DNA from: Candidatus Saccharimonadota bacterium
GTDB taxonomy: Bacteria > Patescibacteriota > Saccharimonadia > Saccharimonadales > Saccharimonadaceae
Direction of reading: 5' to 3'
Assembly (NCBI GenBank): GCA_017432365.1
Contig: JAFRJG010000018.1
Coordinates: forward strand, 27,672 to 91,671
Length of the DNA: 64,000 nucleotides
This document shows positions 35,082-45,728 of this stretch, one piece after another (within the stretch, counting starts at the first letter, position 1; every line of letters begins with the position of its first letter). Made by a program: the position numbers and the translations under genes. The notes beneath the pieces are model-generated. The model searched no databases, had not been told where the DNA came from, and saw only the letters and a list, made by a program, of their open reading frames with translations.

Positions 35082-35744
35082 ATGTGTACTCGAGCAGAGG
35101 CGCATGAAGTAGCACTCGGGATTAAGAAAGTTCAGAGGCAGTCGGACCTGATTGCGCACGGAACGAAGAATCTCGATGCGCTAACGAGGCATTGGGAGTA
35201 TGAGCTGCAAGTCGCGAAAGCTGAGCAGCGGAGAATCTATCGCGAGTTTTCCCGAGTTCAGAATCGGGACCGGGCGCGAGCGGAGATTGCTTCCGTAGTA
35301 CGGCTGGACGTCGGTAGCTTTATGAAAGTCGCAACGCATTACCTTGAGATTATCAAGGAAGTGCGTTGGAGGACGCAGGAGTCGGTTCCGTATGTGCCGT
35401 TTTTGCGTCCGACGACGTATCTGAAAGAAGGAGATACCGTGCATGACCTTGAGGGGATTGCACGGGTAACACAAATCGAGGCGGAGGCGACGTATCAGAC
35501 GCGCCGGGGACTGAAGCCGGAGGTTTGGGTTCATGCGGAACGGGTGCCGAAGGATTCGAGGGAAGCCGACGATGAGGGGGTACGTCGCGAGATTCGCTTT
35601 TCGCTCTGGGACGAAACGGTGTTCCGGGGAGACGAGTGGCTGTATTTAAAACAGCATCGCGAAGCGAAATATCTGATTCTTTCGTCATTTGAGGGGGTCG
35701 AAACGGCGTATGCCGTGAAAGAAGCATTGAACAGTAACTACTAA
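35082..35744 (+). CDS. Hypothetical protein (220 aa), no family recognised
   Basis: Has its own promoter and terminator, and G-ending codon usage like other + strand genes. The N-terminal third looks coiled-coil-like. Confidence 0.65.
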   Translation: MCTRAEAHEVALGIKKVQRQSDLIAHGTKNLDALTRHWEYELQVAKAEQRRIYREFSRVQNRDRARAEIASVVRLDVGSFMKVATHYLEIIKEVRWRTQESVPYVPFLRPTTYLKEGDTVHDLEGIARVTQIEAEATYQTRRGLKPEVWVHAERVPKDSREADDEGVRREIRFSLWDETVFRGDEWLYLKQHREAKYLILSSFEGVETAYAVKEALNSNY

Positions 35745-35751
35745 TCAAGAA

Positions 35752-35776
35752 GCCCCGAGGAATCGGGGCGATTTTT
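35752..35776. terminator. Intrinsic terminator: GCCCCGA-GGAA-TCGGGGC, then GA and TTTTT
   Basis: 7-bp stem at 35752-35769 and T-run at 35772-35776. It overlaps the convergent uvrA stop. Confidence 0.8.
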
Positions 35777-38651
35777 ATAGGTATTTTTTCAGGTATTGAC
35801 CGGTCGGAGTTGTGGCGAGTTTGGCGAGGTCTTCGGGGGTACCTTCGGCGACGACGTAACCGCCGTTTTTACCGCCTTCGGGACCCATGTCGATAATCCA
35901 ATCGGCGGACTTGATGACGTGGAGGTTATGTTCGATGATAATCATGGTATTACCGCCGGCGACGAGTTTATCGAGAATAGCGAGGAGATGTTTAACGTCG
36001 TGGGTATGGAGACCAGTCGTCGGCTCGTCGAGGATATAGAGGGTTTTACCGGTCGAGCGGCGAGAAAGTTCAGTGGCAAGCTTGATTCTTTGAGCCTCAC
36101 CGCCAGAGAAAGTCGTTGCGGGTTGACCGAGGCGGACGTAGCCGAGACCGACTTCTTGTAAGGTCGAGAGCTTTCCGGAGATGGCAGGGAGGTTCGAGAA
36201 GAACTCGCAGGCTTCGTCGACGGTCATATTGAGGACGTCGGAGATGTCTTTACCTTTGTATTTGATTTCTAGGGCTTCGCGATTGTAACGGCGACCGTGG
36301 CAGGCGGGGCAGGTAACATAAACATCGGGGAGAAAGTGCATTTCTATCTTATTTACGCCGTCGCCTTGGCAGGTTTCGCAACGACCACCGCGGACGTTAA
36401 AAGAGAAACGACCGGATTTATAGCCGCGGACTTCCGCTTCGGGTTGGGCGGCGAAGAGGTCGCGGATAGCGGTAAAGACGCCGGTATAAGTCGCGGGGTT
36501 CGAGCGGGGAGTGCGCCCGATTGGGGATTGGTCAACGATGACGACTTTATCAAGATTGTCGATGCCGTCGATGCGGTCATGGAGACCCGGGACGGTCTGA
36601 GCACGGTTCAGACGGGCGAGAAGCTCCTTGGCGAGGATTTCGTTGACGAGGGTCGATTTTCCAGAGCCGGAAACACCAGAGACAACGGTCATGACGCCGA
36701 GAGGAAAGTTTACGGTGAGATTTTTGAGATTATTTTCGCGGGCGCCGACGACGGTGAGGAACTTATCGCGCTTCGGCTTACGGCGGGATTTTTTAGTTTC
36801 GATTTTTAGCTCGCCCTTGAGGTATTTTCCTGTCAAAGAGTCGGGATTGTTCATGACTTCCTCGGGCGTACCGGCGGCGACGAGGCGTCCGCCGTTTGAG
36901 CCGGCGCCGGGACCGATGTCGACGATATAGTCGGCGGCGAGCATCGTATCTTCGTCATGTTCGACGACGAGGACGGTGTTTTTTAAGTCGCGGAGATGTT
37001 TTAGAGTGCCGATTAGCTTATCGTTGTCGCATTGATGAAGCCCGATTGAGGGTTCGTCAAGGACGTAAAGGACGCCTTGGAGTCCGGAGCCGATTTGAGT
37101 GGCGAGGCGGATACGCTGGGCTTCGCCCCCGGAGAGGGTGTTTGCGGCGCGACCGAGTTCGAGATAGCCGAGACCGACGTCGTGCATGAACTGGACGCGT
37201 TCGCGAATTTCTTTCAAAATCGGTTCGGCGATGACTTTTTCGGAGTCGGAGAAAGTCAGGTTTTCGTTGAGGATTTTTAAGGTTGAATCGACGTCGAGGG
37301 AGCACATGTCGACGATATTGAGGTCGTGGACAGTAACGGCGAGGACGGCAGGCTTCAAGCGGGCGCCATGACAAGTTTGACATTCGCGGACGCGCATGAA
37401 GCGTTCGATGTCCTTTTTGATAAATTCGGACGTGTCGGGGTTATGGTAACGGCGTTCGAGGTTCGGAATAACGCCCTCGAAAGTGGTTTCGTATTGCGTA
37501 CCGGCGGAGAACTTCCCTTTTCCGGAGACGGTAACTTGATATTTTTCGGCGCCGGTTCCGTAGAGGATTTTTTCGATGTCTTCGGGTTTCAAATCGCCGA
37601 GGGGAACATGGACGGAGAAGCCGTGGCGTTCGCCGACGGAGACGAGACGCTTGAGCCAGTAAGAGTCATAAGTAATACGGTTAAAGGGGCGGATACCGCC
37701 TTCGGCGATGGTTAAGTTCGGGTTCAAGACGAGGGCGGGGTCGATTTCCATGCGGATTCCGAGTCCGGTACAAGTCGGACAAGCGCCTTCAGGGGCGTTA
37801 AAGGAGAACAGGCGGGGTTCGAGTTCGGGAATTAGCTCGTCGGGATGAAGTTCGCAGGCGTAGCGCTGAGAAAAGGAGAAGATTTCTTCACTTTTCGCGG
37901 GGGATTTATCGGAAATTGAGGTCGAGTTGTCGGCGATTTTGAGGAGTTTAATAATTCCCTGTCCGAGGTCAAGAGCTTGTTCGAGCGAGTTGGCGATTCG
38001 GGGACGAAGGTCGGGAGAGAGAACGAAGCGGTCAACGACGAGTTCGATGTCGTGGCGTTCGTTCTTCTCAAGGGCGGGAAATTCGTCAAGGGCGTAAATA
38101 ATTCCGTCAACGCGGACGCGAGAGAAGCCCTTAGGGATAAATTGGTCGGGGATATGAGCAAATTCACCTTTTTTTCGCGAGACGAGGGGAGCGAGGAGAA
38201 GGAGCTTCGAGCCGAGGGGGAGTTTCAAAACTTCTTCCACGATGTCGTCAACGGAGCGGCGAGAGACGGGGCGATGACAAATCGGACAATGGGGGACGCC
38301 GATACGAGCGAAAAGGAGGCGGAGATAATCGTAGATTTCGGTGACGGTGGCGACGGTCGAGCGAGGGTTACGGGAAGTGGATTTTTGGTCGATGGAAATT
38401 GCGGGGGAGAGACCAGAGATAGTATCGACGTCGGGCTTATCCATGACGCCGAGGAACATGCGGGCGTAAGAAGAGAGAGATTCGACGTAGCGGCGTTGAC
38501 CTTCAGCGTAGATTGTGTCGAAGGCGAGCGAAGATTTTCCGGAGCCGGAGAGCCCGGTCAAGACAACGAGTTTATCGCGAGGGATGTCGATGTCGATGTT
38601 TTTTAGGTTGTGTTGGCGGGCGCCGCGAATTTTAAGATAGTTCTCGTCCAT
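35775..38651 (-). CDS. uvrA: Excinuclease ABC subunit A
   Basis: Contains [18 protein letters not shown], two ABC modules (GLSGSGKSS and GVSGSGKST) and LSGGEAQR twice. Start placed at the ATG at 38651 (MDENYLK). Confidence 0.97.
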   Translation of the reverse strand: MDENYLKIRGARQHNLKNIDIDIPRDKLVVLTGLSGSGKSSLAFDTIYAEGQRRYVESLSSYARMFLGVMDKPDVDTISGLSPAISIDQKSTSRNPRSTVATVTEIYDYLRLLFARIGVPHCPICHRPVSRRSVDDIVEEVLKLPLGSKLLLLAPLVSRKKGEFAHIPDQFIPKGFSRVRVDGIIYALDEFPALEKNERHDIELVVDRFVLSPDLRPRIANSLEQALDLGQGIIKLLKIADNSTSISDKSPAKSEEIFSFSQRYACELHPDELIPELEPRLFSFNAPEGACPTCTGLGIRMEIDPALVLNPNLTIAEGGIRPFNRITYDSYWLKRLVSVGERHGFSVHVPLGDLKPEDIEKILYGTGAEKYQVTVSGKGKFSAGTQYETTFEGVIPNLERRYHNPDTSEFIKKDIERFMRVRECQTCHGARLKPAVLAVTVHDLNIVDMCSLDVDSTLKILNENLTFSDSEKVIAEPILKEIRERVQFMHDVGLGYLELGRAANTLSGGEAQRIRLATQIGSGLQGVLYVLDEPSIGLHQCDNDKLIGTLKHLRDLKNTVLVVEHDEDTMLAADYIVDIGPGAGSNGGRLVAAGTPEEVMNNPDSLTGKYLKGELKIETKKSRRKPKRDKFLTVVGARENNLKNLTVNFPLGVMTVVSGVSGSGKSTLVNEILAKELLARLNRAQTVPGLHDRIDGIDNLDKVVIVDQSPIGRTPRSNPATYTGVFTAIRDLFAAQPEAEVRGYKSGRFSFNVRGGRCETCQGDGVNKIEMHFLPDVYVTCPACHGRRYNREALEIKYKGKDISDVLNMTVDEACEFFSNLPAISGKLSTLQEVGLGYVRLGQPATTFSGGEAQRIKLATELSRRSTGKTLYILDEPTTGLHTHDVKHLLAILDKLVAGGNTMIIIEHNLHVIKSADWIIDMGPEGGKNGGYVVAEGTPEDLAKLATTPTGQYLKKYL

Positions 38652-38664
38652 AATTAACGCGAAC

Positions 38665-38670
38665 ATTATA
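38665..38670 (-). promoter_or_regulatory. TATAAT (minus strand) 13 nt upstream of the uvrA ATG at 38651
   Basis: Sequence reads cgcTATAATgttcgcgttaattATG. The longer-ORF ATG at 38666 lies inside the box. Confidence 0.5.
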
Positions 38671-38694
38671 GCGAATTTTGGGGAAAAAGTCTAG

Positions 38695-40092
38695 CTAATA
38701 GTCGGCTTCTTGGAGGGATTGATAATAGAGAGAAAGTTCTTCAAGCAAGAAGGAGTCGGCGCCTTGGTTGCTGAAGGTTTCGAGTTCCTTGAGGAAGGCG
38801 GGGGCTTGGCGGGTGAGGCGGGCGGTGCGATAAGACTGCCAGGCTTCGGCTTCGGATTCGGAGAGAGACGTAGGAAAGTTTTTAGCCTTGTAATGGAGAA
38901 GGAGGTCCGGGAGACGGTCGTCGGCGAAGTTAGGGTGGAAATCGGCAAATTCTTCAGGTGAGGACATGGCGCGGATGGCGGAAAAGCGGAGCTTGTCGGA
39001 GTCGGGCGGGAAGGCGTCATAGAGCGAAGCCTCGACATCGATCGGCGGACGGTCGAAGGAAGAGGAGCGAAACTCGGTTTTGAGGGTTTCTAAGAGGTCG
39101 GGGTGAGACATGAGGATTTTGAGGTGTTTATCGACGATGTCTTTTGTGAGGTCGAGCTTTTGCCAGCCGTCCTTCGCTTCGAGGACGGAGAGCGGGGCGA
39201 CGGCGGGGCATTTGTTCGGGGCAAGTTCTTTGAAGAGCGGGAACAGGCGGTCTTTGAGGAGGGGAGACTTAGGGTCGGACGCGGATTCGAGTTCGGCGAG
39301 CTTTTCTTCGAGATTATAGCGGAGGTCAAAGACGAGAAGGTTGTCGTTCTTGGTATGGAACAGCGGAAAAGCGACGGTTGTGAAGTTATGAGCGGAGCCG
39401 AAACGACCGGAAGTATAGACGAAGGGGGCGGGACGGTCGAGGTTGATAAGAGCTTTGACTTCGCGCTTGTCGCGGAGGCGGAAGAGGAAGTTGAAGAGGC
39501 TCGGCTGTTTTTCTTTGATAAGGCGGGTAACGTCGATTAAGGCGTTGACGTCGGAAAGGGCGTCATGGGCGGATTCGTGGGAGATACCGTTTGCCTTGGT
39601 TAAGAGTTCGAGACGGTTGGTCGGTTTTCCGTCTTCCGTAAAGCACCAAGTGATGCCTTCGGGGCGGAGGGCACGGGTCATGCGAACGACGTCGAGCATA
39701 TCCCAGCGCGAGCGACCGTCTTTCCATTGCCATTCATACGGGTCGTAGAAGTTGCGCCAGAAGAGGTGCTGAAGGAAGCGATCGTCAAAGCGGACGGAGT
39801 TAAAACCGAGGATAATCGTGTCGGGAGTGAAAATGTCTGACATGAGGAACTGGGCGAGTTCGCGTTCAGGGATTCCCTCTTCGAGGGTTTTCTGGGGAGT
39901 GATTTTGGTTGTGAGAATGGCACCGGGGGAAGGGAGAGTGTCGTCGTCGAGTTTAACGAGGAGATTGACCGGGTCGCCGAGAGGCTGAAAGTCGAGCGAA
40001 GTACGCTGACCGGCGAACTGCATGATGCGAGCGTCGGACGGCGAAAGACCGGAGGTTTCTAGGTCGTAAAAGAAGAAAGTCGGGCGAGACAT
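38695..40092 (-). CDS. sbcB: Exodeoxyribonuclease I
   Basis: 465 aa and collinear with E. coli ExoI: FYDLETSG, NSVRFDD, FYDPYEWQW, SRWDMLDV, RALRPEGI, LTKANGISHESAHDALSDV. Confidence 0.93.
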   Translation of the reverse strand: MSRPTFFFYDLETSGLSPSDARIMQFAGQRTSLDFQPLGDPVNLLVKLDDDTLPSPGAILTTKITPQKTLEEGIPERELAQFLMSDIFTPDTIILGFNSVRFDDRFLQHLFWRNFYDPYEWQWKDGRSRWDMLDVVRMTRALRPEGITWCFTEDGKPTNRLELLTKANGISHESAHDALSDVNALIDVTRLIKEKQPSLFNFLFRLRDKREVKALINLDRPAPFVYTSGRFGSAHNFTTVAFPLFHTKNDNLLVFDLRYNLEEKLAELESASDPKSPLLKDRLFPLFKELAPNKCPAVAPLSVLEAKDGWQKLDLTKDIVDKHLKILMSHPDLLETLKTEFRSSSFDRPPIDVEASLYDAFPPDSDKLRFSAIRAMSSPEEFADFHPNFADDRLPDLLLHYKAKNFPTSLSESEAEAWQSYRTARLTRQAPAFLKELETFSNQGADSFLLEELSLYYQSLQEADY

Positions 40093-40100
40093 AAAAGCGG

Positions 40101-40838
40101 CTATTCGTCGGCAGGGACGGATTCTTCGTAATCGTCGGAATAATTCGAGTAGCTCGAGGCATAAGCGGCGGAGAGGGCGGTGTAGATTTTATCGAGTTTT
40201 TCGTCGATTTCTACGAGCTTTTCGTCACGCGGGACGGTATAGATGACGAATTTCAGCGGGGAGTTCGTACCGCCGCAGATTTCCATAGAGTCGCCATAAG
40301 CGAGAGAACCAGGAATCGTGACTTCGCGGACGCCGCCGAGTTTCATACCTTCGGTTCCGAGGTACCAACCTTCGATTAAGGAGTCGGGTTGAATCAGGAG
40401 CGGAGCGTTCAGGGCGGTTGGCTCGTCGGCGTTATCGAACGACGAATCGAAAATAGTTTCGTCGGAGCACCAGCCGATGTAATAAGCGGCGTAGTTATCG
40501 TTCGTTAAGTCTTCCCCGTCGCCTTCTTTGAGGTCCTTGGTTTTGATTCCGTCGGAGTTCGCAGAGGCGGAGTTAAACGCCTTGACGCGGGATTTATAGG
40601 TTTTAAAATCTTCAAAATATTCAACGGAGAGTTCCGCGCCGCGACTTTCGTATTCGCCATAAGCTTCTTCGTAGGCGGTTTGGAGCTGGTCGGTTGTCAT
40701 TTTTGAGTAATTTACGGACGTACCGCCGTTAAGAACAATCATGACATAAACCGCGACGGTCGAGCCGAGCAACAAAAGCGCGACACCGAGAATAATCAAG
40801 CGTTGTTTCCAACTGGTTTTTAGTAATTCTTCTTCCAT
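40101..40838 (-). CDS. FKBP-type peptidyl-prolyl isomerase with an N-terminal membrane anchor
   Basis: Contains IFDSSFD and LIEGWYLGTEGMKLGGVREVTIPGSLAYG. TM segment is LIILGVALLLLGSTVAVYVMIVL. Confidence 0.85.
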   Translation of the reverse strand: MEEELLKTSWKQRLIILGVALLLLGSTVAVYVMIVLNGGTSVNYSKMTTDQLQTAYEEAYGEYESRGAELSVEYFEDFKTYKSRVKAFNSASANSDGIKTKDLKEGDGEDLTNDNYAAYYIGWCSDETIFDSSFDNADEPTALNAPLLIQPDSLIEGWYLGTEGMKLGGVREVTIPGSLAYGDSMEICGGTNSPLKFVIYTVPRDEKLVEIDEKLDKIYTALSAAYASSYSNYSDDYEESVPADE

Positions 40839-40857
40839 ATACCTCCTTTTCAGAATC

Positions 40858-43386
40858 CTAGACTACTTCCGCACCGAGCGCCGAGAGATTGTTAATAATT
40901 TTTTCCATTATATCAGAAACTTCCTGTGAGTCGAAGGTTTTTTCAGGGTTCCGGAAAGTCAGACGGAAGGAGAGGTTTTTAACAGGAGAGAGCTTTCGGT
41001 GATAAATCGAGAGAGGTTCGAGTTCGGAGAGGAGTGCTTCTGAGGAGCTCAAGGTCGCGAGAGCGGATTTTAGGGCAGATTCGACGGTCGAGAACGGGGT
41101 TTCGACCGGAAGTTTCAGAGTTAAGTCGCGAGAAACAGCGGGGTATTTCGAGAGTTTCAAGGACGGTTTTTCATGAGCTTTAAGTTGGGGCTCAGAGGCG
41201 GAAATACAGGGGTCGAGAGCTATTTCAAGCGCGGAGAAAATCCCCGAAAGTTTAAAGCGAGAGAGGACGGAGGATTTTAGTTCGCCGAGGGTACCGACGA
41301 GGATTTCGAGGTCGCCTGATTTTAGATAAATCGCAAGCCCGCGACGCGGCTCGAAAAGATGAGCATCGCCAAAGGGCTTCAAAACGAACTCGGCAGGGAG
41401 GACGGGTTTCAAATCGCGGACGAGTTCGAAGAAGAGGGACTTTATCTGATAAAAGTCGCCAGGGAGAACGAGCGCGAGCGAGGTTTTTACGGCGGGAGTC
41501 CCTTCCGGAGTGAGTCCGTAGAGCTTTTGAGCGACCTGGTTCAGTTCATAGAGGGTAAAGTCGCGATGACCGGCTTTTAAGTTCAAGCGAACTTTGTCGA
41601 GGAGGGAGGGGAGGAGTGACGGACGGAAGCGTTCGAGTTCAGGGGAAAGAGAGTTGACGATTTTATAACAATTTTCTGGGTCGAGATTAGCTTTTTCGAG
41701 CAGAGCGTCGGAGACGAACGAATAAGTTAAGATTTCGTTCGCGCCGAGACGACCAGAGAGTGAGTGGCGAATAGCGGTTTTTAATTTCAGGAGCGGGTCG
41801 AGGGAGGGGGCGATAAACGGACGAGACGGGAAAGAGAGGGGGAGATTATCAAAGCCGAGGAGTCGTCCGATTTCTTCGATAACATCTTCCTTGATATGGA
41901 TGTCGGTACGCCAGAAAGGAGGAACGACGTTGAGGGGTTCCGAGGGGTCTGCGGTTTTTGAGGTCTTTGACGAGGCGGTTGAGACGCGGAAGCCGACGTT
42001 TTCGAGGGTTTTTGTCATGAGTTCGGGGGAGTAATTACTACCGAGGACAGAGTTGACGGTTTCGGGAGTAACGGCGATTTCGGAGGAGGCAACAGGGGCG
42101 GAGGCAGTACAGCCGCGGAGTTTCGGGGAGACCTTGAGCGAGTTTAACGCTTCTTCGAGAACGATTGGGGCGGCGGCGGCGGGCTGACCTTTAGTAAAGC
42201 GGGTAATCGCTTCAGAAAAGAGACCGTGGGTCATCTGGGTTTTACGAAGGTTATAAAGGGAGAACGAGGCGGATTCTAAGAGAACGGTTTTAGTTCCTGC
42301 GTCGATTTCGGTCGATTTTCCGCCCATGGCGCCGGCGAGTGCGACGGGAACGTCGTTGCTCGTAATGACAATGTCGTTGTCGGTCAAGGCGACTTCGCGG
42401 TCGTCGAGCAGAACGAGAGATTCGTCGGGGCGAGCGAGGCGAACGCGGACGTTTGGGGATTTCGAGCCGCCAACGGCGAGAAACTTATCGAAGTCAAAAG
42501 CATGGAGAGGCTGACCGGTTTTTAGCATTAAGAGGTTTGTTAAATCGACAAGGGGAGAAATCGGGCGCATGCCGGATTTATAGAGGAAGACGTCGTCGGG
42601 GGTTAAATAAGCGGGGCGGGAGTTGAGAGAAGCGGGGACGTCGAAGACGGCGCAAGAATAACAGGGGCAGAGGCTCGGGTCGGCAACGGAGATTTCGAGG
42701 TCGGAGTTTATAGAAGCGGCTTTAGAGGTTGTTTCGGAGGGGGGAGTAAGTGGGCGATAAAAGTCGGGTTCGGAGAAAGGTTGACCGAGGATACCGGCGA
42801 CCTCGCGCGCGAAGCCGATAAGACCGAAGCAATCCGGGCGATGGGTCAGGGATTTGTTTTCGACCTCGAGGATTTTATCGTTCAAGCCGCAGGCGTCCGC
42901 GAAGAGGTCGCCGGGCGTGAGCCGCGGGTCGAGTTCGAGCAGACCGGAATGGTCGTCGCCAAGGGCGAGCTCGTCGGCGCCGGCGAGCATACCGAAGGAC
43001 ATGAAACCACGGAGCTTCCGGGCAGAGATTTCAAAGGGTTCGGGGGTCGCGAAGGTCGCAGGAACGACGGCGCCAGGAGCGACCCAAGCGGCGACCATTC
43101 CCTCTCGAACGTTCGGTGCGCCACAGACGACTTGAATATAATTTTCGTGTTCCGGGTCGATTTCGGCGTTTAACTTCGCGCCAGCGTCGATTTGACAAAG
43201 GGAGAGATGAGTTCCTTCGATTGGCTCGGTCTTGAGGACTTTAGCGACGTAAATCTTTTTATATTTCAGGAATAAATCTGCGACGGATTCGATTTCGACT
43301 AAGCGGGAGCCGATAAGCTTCAAGAGCTGGTCGTCGGGGAGGGAGATATTGACGAGGCGTTTAATTTCGTTAAGCGAGATGAGCAT
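40858..43386 (-). CDS. pheT: Phenylalanyl-tRNA synthetase beta subunit
   Basis: 842 aa with an N-terminal tRNA-binding domain, B3/4 and B5 domains and an FDX-ACB tail. Lies directly after pheS. Confidence 0.93.
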   Translation of the reverse strand: MLISLNEIKRLVNISLPDDQLLKLIGSRLVEIESVADLFLKYKKIYVAKVLKTEPIEGTHLSLCQIDAGAKLNAEIDPEHENYIQVVCGAPNVREGMVAAWVAPGAVVPATFATPEPFEISARKLRGFMSFGMLAGADELALGDDHSGLLELDPRLTPGDLFADACGLNDKILEVENKSLTHRPDCFGLIGFAREVAGILGQPFSEPDFYRPLTPPSETTSKAASINSDLEISVADPSLCPCYSCAVFDVPASLNSRPAYLTPDDVFLYKSGMRPISPLVDLTNLLMLKTGQPLHAFDFDKFLAVGGSKSPNVRVRLARPDESLVLLDDREVALTDNDIVITSNDVPVALAGAMGGKSTEIDAGTKTVLLESASFSLYNLRKTQMTHGLFSEAITRFTKGQPAAAAPIVLEEALNSLKVSPKLRGCTASAPVASSEIAVTPETVNSVLGSNYSPELMTKTLENVGFRVSTASSKTSKTADPSEPLNVVPPFWRTDIHIKEDVIEEIGRLLGFDNLPLSFPSRPFIAPSLDPLLKLKTAIRHSLSGRLGANEILTYSFVSDALLEKANLDPENCYKIVNSLSPELERFRPSLLPSLLDKVRLNLKAGHRDFTLYELNQVAQKLYGLTPEGTPAVKTSLALVLPGDFYQIKSLFFELVRDLKPVLPAEFVLKPFGDAHLFEPRRGLAIYLKSGDLEILVGTLGELKSSVLSRFKLSGIFSALEIALDPCISASEPQLKAHEKPSLKLSKYPAVSRDLTLKLPVETPFSTVESALKSALATLSSSEALLSELEPLSIYHRKLSPVKNLSFRLTFRNPEKTFDSQEVSDIMEKIINNLSALGAEVV

Positions 43387-43387
43387 A

Positions 43388-44338
43388 TTAAAACTCCTTT
43401 AGAAAGTCAAGTTTTCCAGATTCGAAGTAGCGAACGTCGTTGATGCCATATTTCAGCATGACGAGGCGGTCGATACCGCCACCCCAGGCGAAGCCGCGAT
43501 AAACTTCAGGGTCGATTCCGGCGGTCTTGAGGACGTTAGGATGAATCATGCCGCAGCCGCCCATTTCGAGCCAACCGTCACCTTTACCACCGAGAGAGGC
43601 AGGTTTTTCGATTTGGAACTCGAGCGAGGGTTCCGTGAACGGGAAGAAGCCGGGCTGGGTCTTGATATTGAGTTCTTGGCCATAATAAGTCTCGAAAAAG
43701 TTTTTCCAGACAGCGAGGAGTTGACCGAGGTTAGCGGTTTTGGAAACGAAAATCCCTTCGCATTGATAAAAAGTATGTTCATGGGTCGCGTCGAGGTCTT
43801 CGTTGCGGAAGACGCGCCCGGGAATGACGACGGCAATTTCGCCCTTCTCCTCGAGGTCGGGACGGAAACGGGTCAAGGCGCGGTATTGCATGGTCGAGGT
43901 ATGGGCGGGAGGGATAAAGCCTTCTTCGGTTCGGAAAGTGTCATAAGAGTCGCGCGCGGGATGATTTTGAGGGAAGTTGAGGGCGTCGAACATGTTAAAC
44001 TCGTCATCGAGTTGGACGGATTCAATCACAGAAAAGCCCATGTCTTTCCAGATTTCCGCGACGAGGTCGAGTTCAGCAGAGAGGGGGTGAATAGTGCCGC
44101 GAGGAAATGTGGGTTTTTCCGCATTTTCGGCGAAGGGGGCAGAGAGGTCGAGAGGCTCGAGATTTTCCGAGACGGCACGTTCGGTTTCGCGACGGATTTC
44201 CTCGAGGAGGGCGGATTTTTTAGCGTTTAATTTTTCACCGAAAGATTTTTTTTCGGCGGCGGGAAGGGTTTTTAATTTGGCGTATTCTTTCCCGAGGGAC
44301 TTTAAAGCAAGTTTGAGGTCTGCAAGCTGTTTAGACAT
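43388..44338 (-). CDS. pheS: Phenylalanyl-tRNA synthetase alpha subunit
   Basis: Contains HPARD, FRNEDLDATHEHTFYQCEG, FPFTEPS and GFAWGGGIDRL. Confidence 0.95.
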   Translation of the reverse strand: MSKQLADLKLALKSLGKEYAKLKTLPAAEKKSFGEKLNAKKSALLEEIRRETERAVSENLEPLDLSAPFAENAEKPTFPRGTIHPLSAELDLVAEIWKDMGFSVIESVQLDDEFNMFDALNFPQNHPARDSYDTFRTEEGFIPPAHTSTMQYRALTRFRPDLEEKGEIAVVIPGRVFRNEDLDATHEHTFYQCEGIFVSKTANLGQLLAVWKNFFETYYGQELNIKTQPGFFPFTEPSLEFQIEKPASLGGKGDGWLEMGGCGMIHPNVLKTAGIDPEVYRGFAWGGGIDRLVMLKYGINDVRYFESGKLDFLKEF

Positions 44339-44368
44339 ATCAGGGAAATTATATCACTTCTCGGGGGA

Positions 44369-44602
44369 TTAGAGAAGAATGATAAAGGCGAGCGACGCGA
44401 GTGCGAGGGCGATTAAAACGAACCAAATCCAAGAGAAGCGCCCGGTTTTTTCATAATCGTCGAGATAAGCGACGTCTTCGGAAAAGTCCGGGTCGTCGCC
44501 TTCAGGAGACTGAGTTCGAGAAACTTTTTCGCGCAAGTCAGAGTTTATCCGGTTAGTTAGTTCGAGGTTATCATCATTTTTTTTCGTGACAATTACGCCC
44601 AC
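44369..44602 (-). CDS. Small tail-anchored membrane protein (77 aa), hypothetical
   Basis: GTG start preceded by AAGGAG. Acidic N-terminal part and a C-terminal TM segment, WIWFVLIALALASLAFIILL. Confidence 0.55.
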   Translation of the reverse strand: MGVIVTKKNDDNLELTNRINSDLREKVSRTQSPEGDDPDFSEDVAYLDDYEKTGRFSWIWFVLIALALASLAFIILL

Positions 44603-44642
44603 GGTAATCTCCTTTTCTTCTTCAATTCAATAGAGTATTACA

Positions 44643-44666
44643 ATTATAGCATACGTATGATATAAT
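44643..44666. promoter_or_regulatory. Divergent -10 boxes: minus-strand TATAAT (44643-44648) and plus-strand TGATATAAT (44658-44666)
   Basis: Both are followed by SD-containing leaders: AAGGAG before the GTG at 44602 and AAGGAGG before the ATG at 44694. Confidence 0.55.
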
Positions 44667-44693
44667 CCAGAGAAATATCATTTAAGGAGGTTT

Positions 44694-45728
44694 ATGGCTA
44701 AATCGAAAAAATCTGGAAAGAAGCCGAAAACTACACGAATTTCCGCGAAAGACGACGAAACCTTTGAGAAAAAGGAAGTCCGTGAGGAAATGACTGAGAA
44801 AAAAGAAGTTAAAACTGAAACGAAGGCGGAGAAAGTCGCAGAAAAAGACCAAGAAGCCGCGAAGAAAGAAACGGCGGAAAAAGCTGAGTCTGGTTCGGAA
44901 AAGGCGATTGCCTCTGCGAAAGCAGAAAAATCCGAGAAGAAAGCGGAGAAATGTGGCTTTTGTAAGCGGTTCTTCGCGAAGAAATATGAAGAGCAAGAGT
45001 CGGTTTTGACGATTTTCAAGCAGAAGAAGATTTGGGGAGCGTTGCTTGGGGAAGTCTTCGGGACGATGATGCTCTCGATGGTGATTTTGACGCTAGGATT
45101 GTATCAGCCGTTGTATATGTTCTTTATTTTGCTCGCGATTGTTGCGGCGGTTGGGAAGTTGTCGGGAGCGGTGTTGAACCCGATAAATACCGTCGGGCTT
45201 ATGGCAACACGCCGGATTTCGGTTGTGCGAGGATTCTTGTATCTTTTGGCACAATTAGTCGGGGCGTGGGCTGGGTTCCTCGTGGTTGCAGCGTTTATGA
45301 ACGTGGCGGCGGGGATTTCCGGGACGGAAGCAGAGCTGCCAGGAATGACGATGGCAACCGAGGGGTATTATTGGGTCGTGACGTTCCTCGAGTTCCTTGG
45401 CGCGGCGATTGTGGGCTTCTTCTTTGCGCGAGCCTGGGAAGCTAGGAAAACCAGTTTAGTGACCTTTGGCGCTGTGGCGGCAGGTGGGTTGACCTTGGCG
45501 ATGGTCGTGGTTTATCTGTTGTCGTATCAGACCTTTGGGCTGACTGGGAACTTTATGTTGAACCCGGCGGTGGCGCTGATGTATCAGATTTTGCCGACGA
45601 GCGCAGATGGGGTTTCTGAGTTGTTGCTTGAGATTGTGAAGGCGCTGTTTACGTATGTGGTGTTCCCGATGGTTGGGGGAGTGGTGGGCTTTTATCTAGC
45701 GGACCTGGCGGACAACTTTGATATTTAG
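44694..45728 (+). CDS. MIP-family channel (aquaporin / glycerol-facilitator-like) with about a 112-aa Lys/Glu-rich N-terminal extension
   Basis: First half-helix motif is NPI (SGAVLNPINTVG) and the second is NPA (FMLNPAVAL). Six TM helices. Confidence 0.8.
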   Translation: MAKSKKSGKKPKTTRISAKDDETFEKKEVREEMTEKKEVKTETKAEKVAEKDQEAAKKETAEKAESGSEKAIASAKAEKSEKKAEKCGFCKRFFAKKYEEQESVLTIFKQKKIWGALLGEVFGTMMLSMVILTLGLYQPLYMFFILLAIVAAVGKLSGAVLNPINTVGLMATRRISVVRGFLYLLAQLVGAWAGFLVVAAFMNVAAGISGTEAELPGMTMATEGYYWVVTFLEFLGAAIVGFFFARAWEARKTSLVTFGAVAAGGLTLAMVVVYLLSYQTFGLTGNFMLNPAVALMYQILPTSADGVSELLLEIVKALFTYVVFPMVGGVVGFYLADLADNFDI

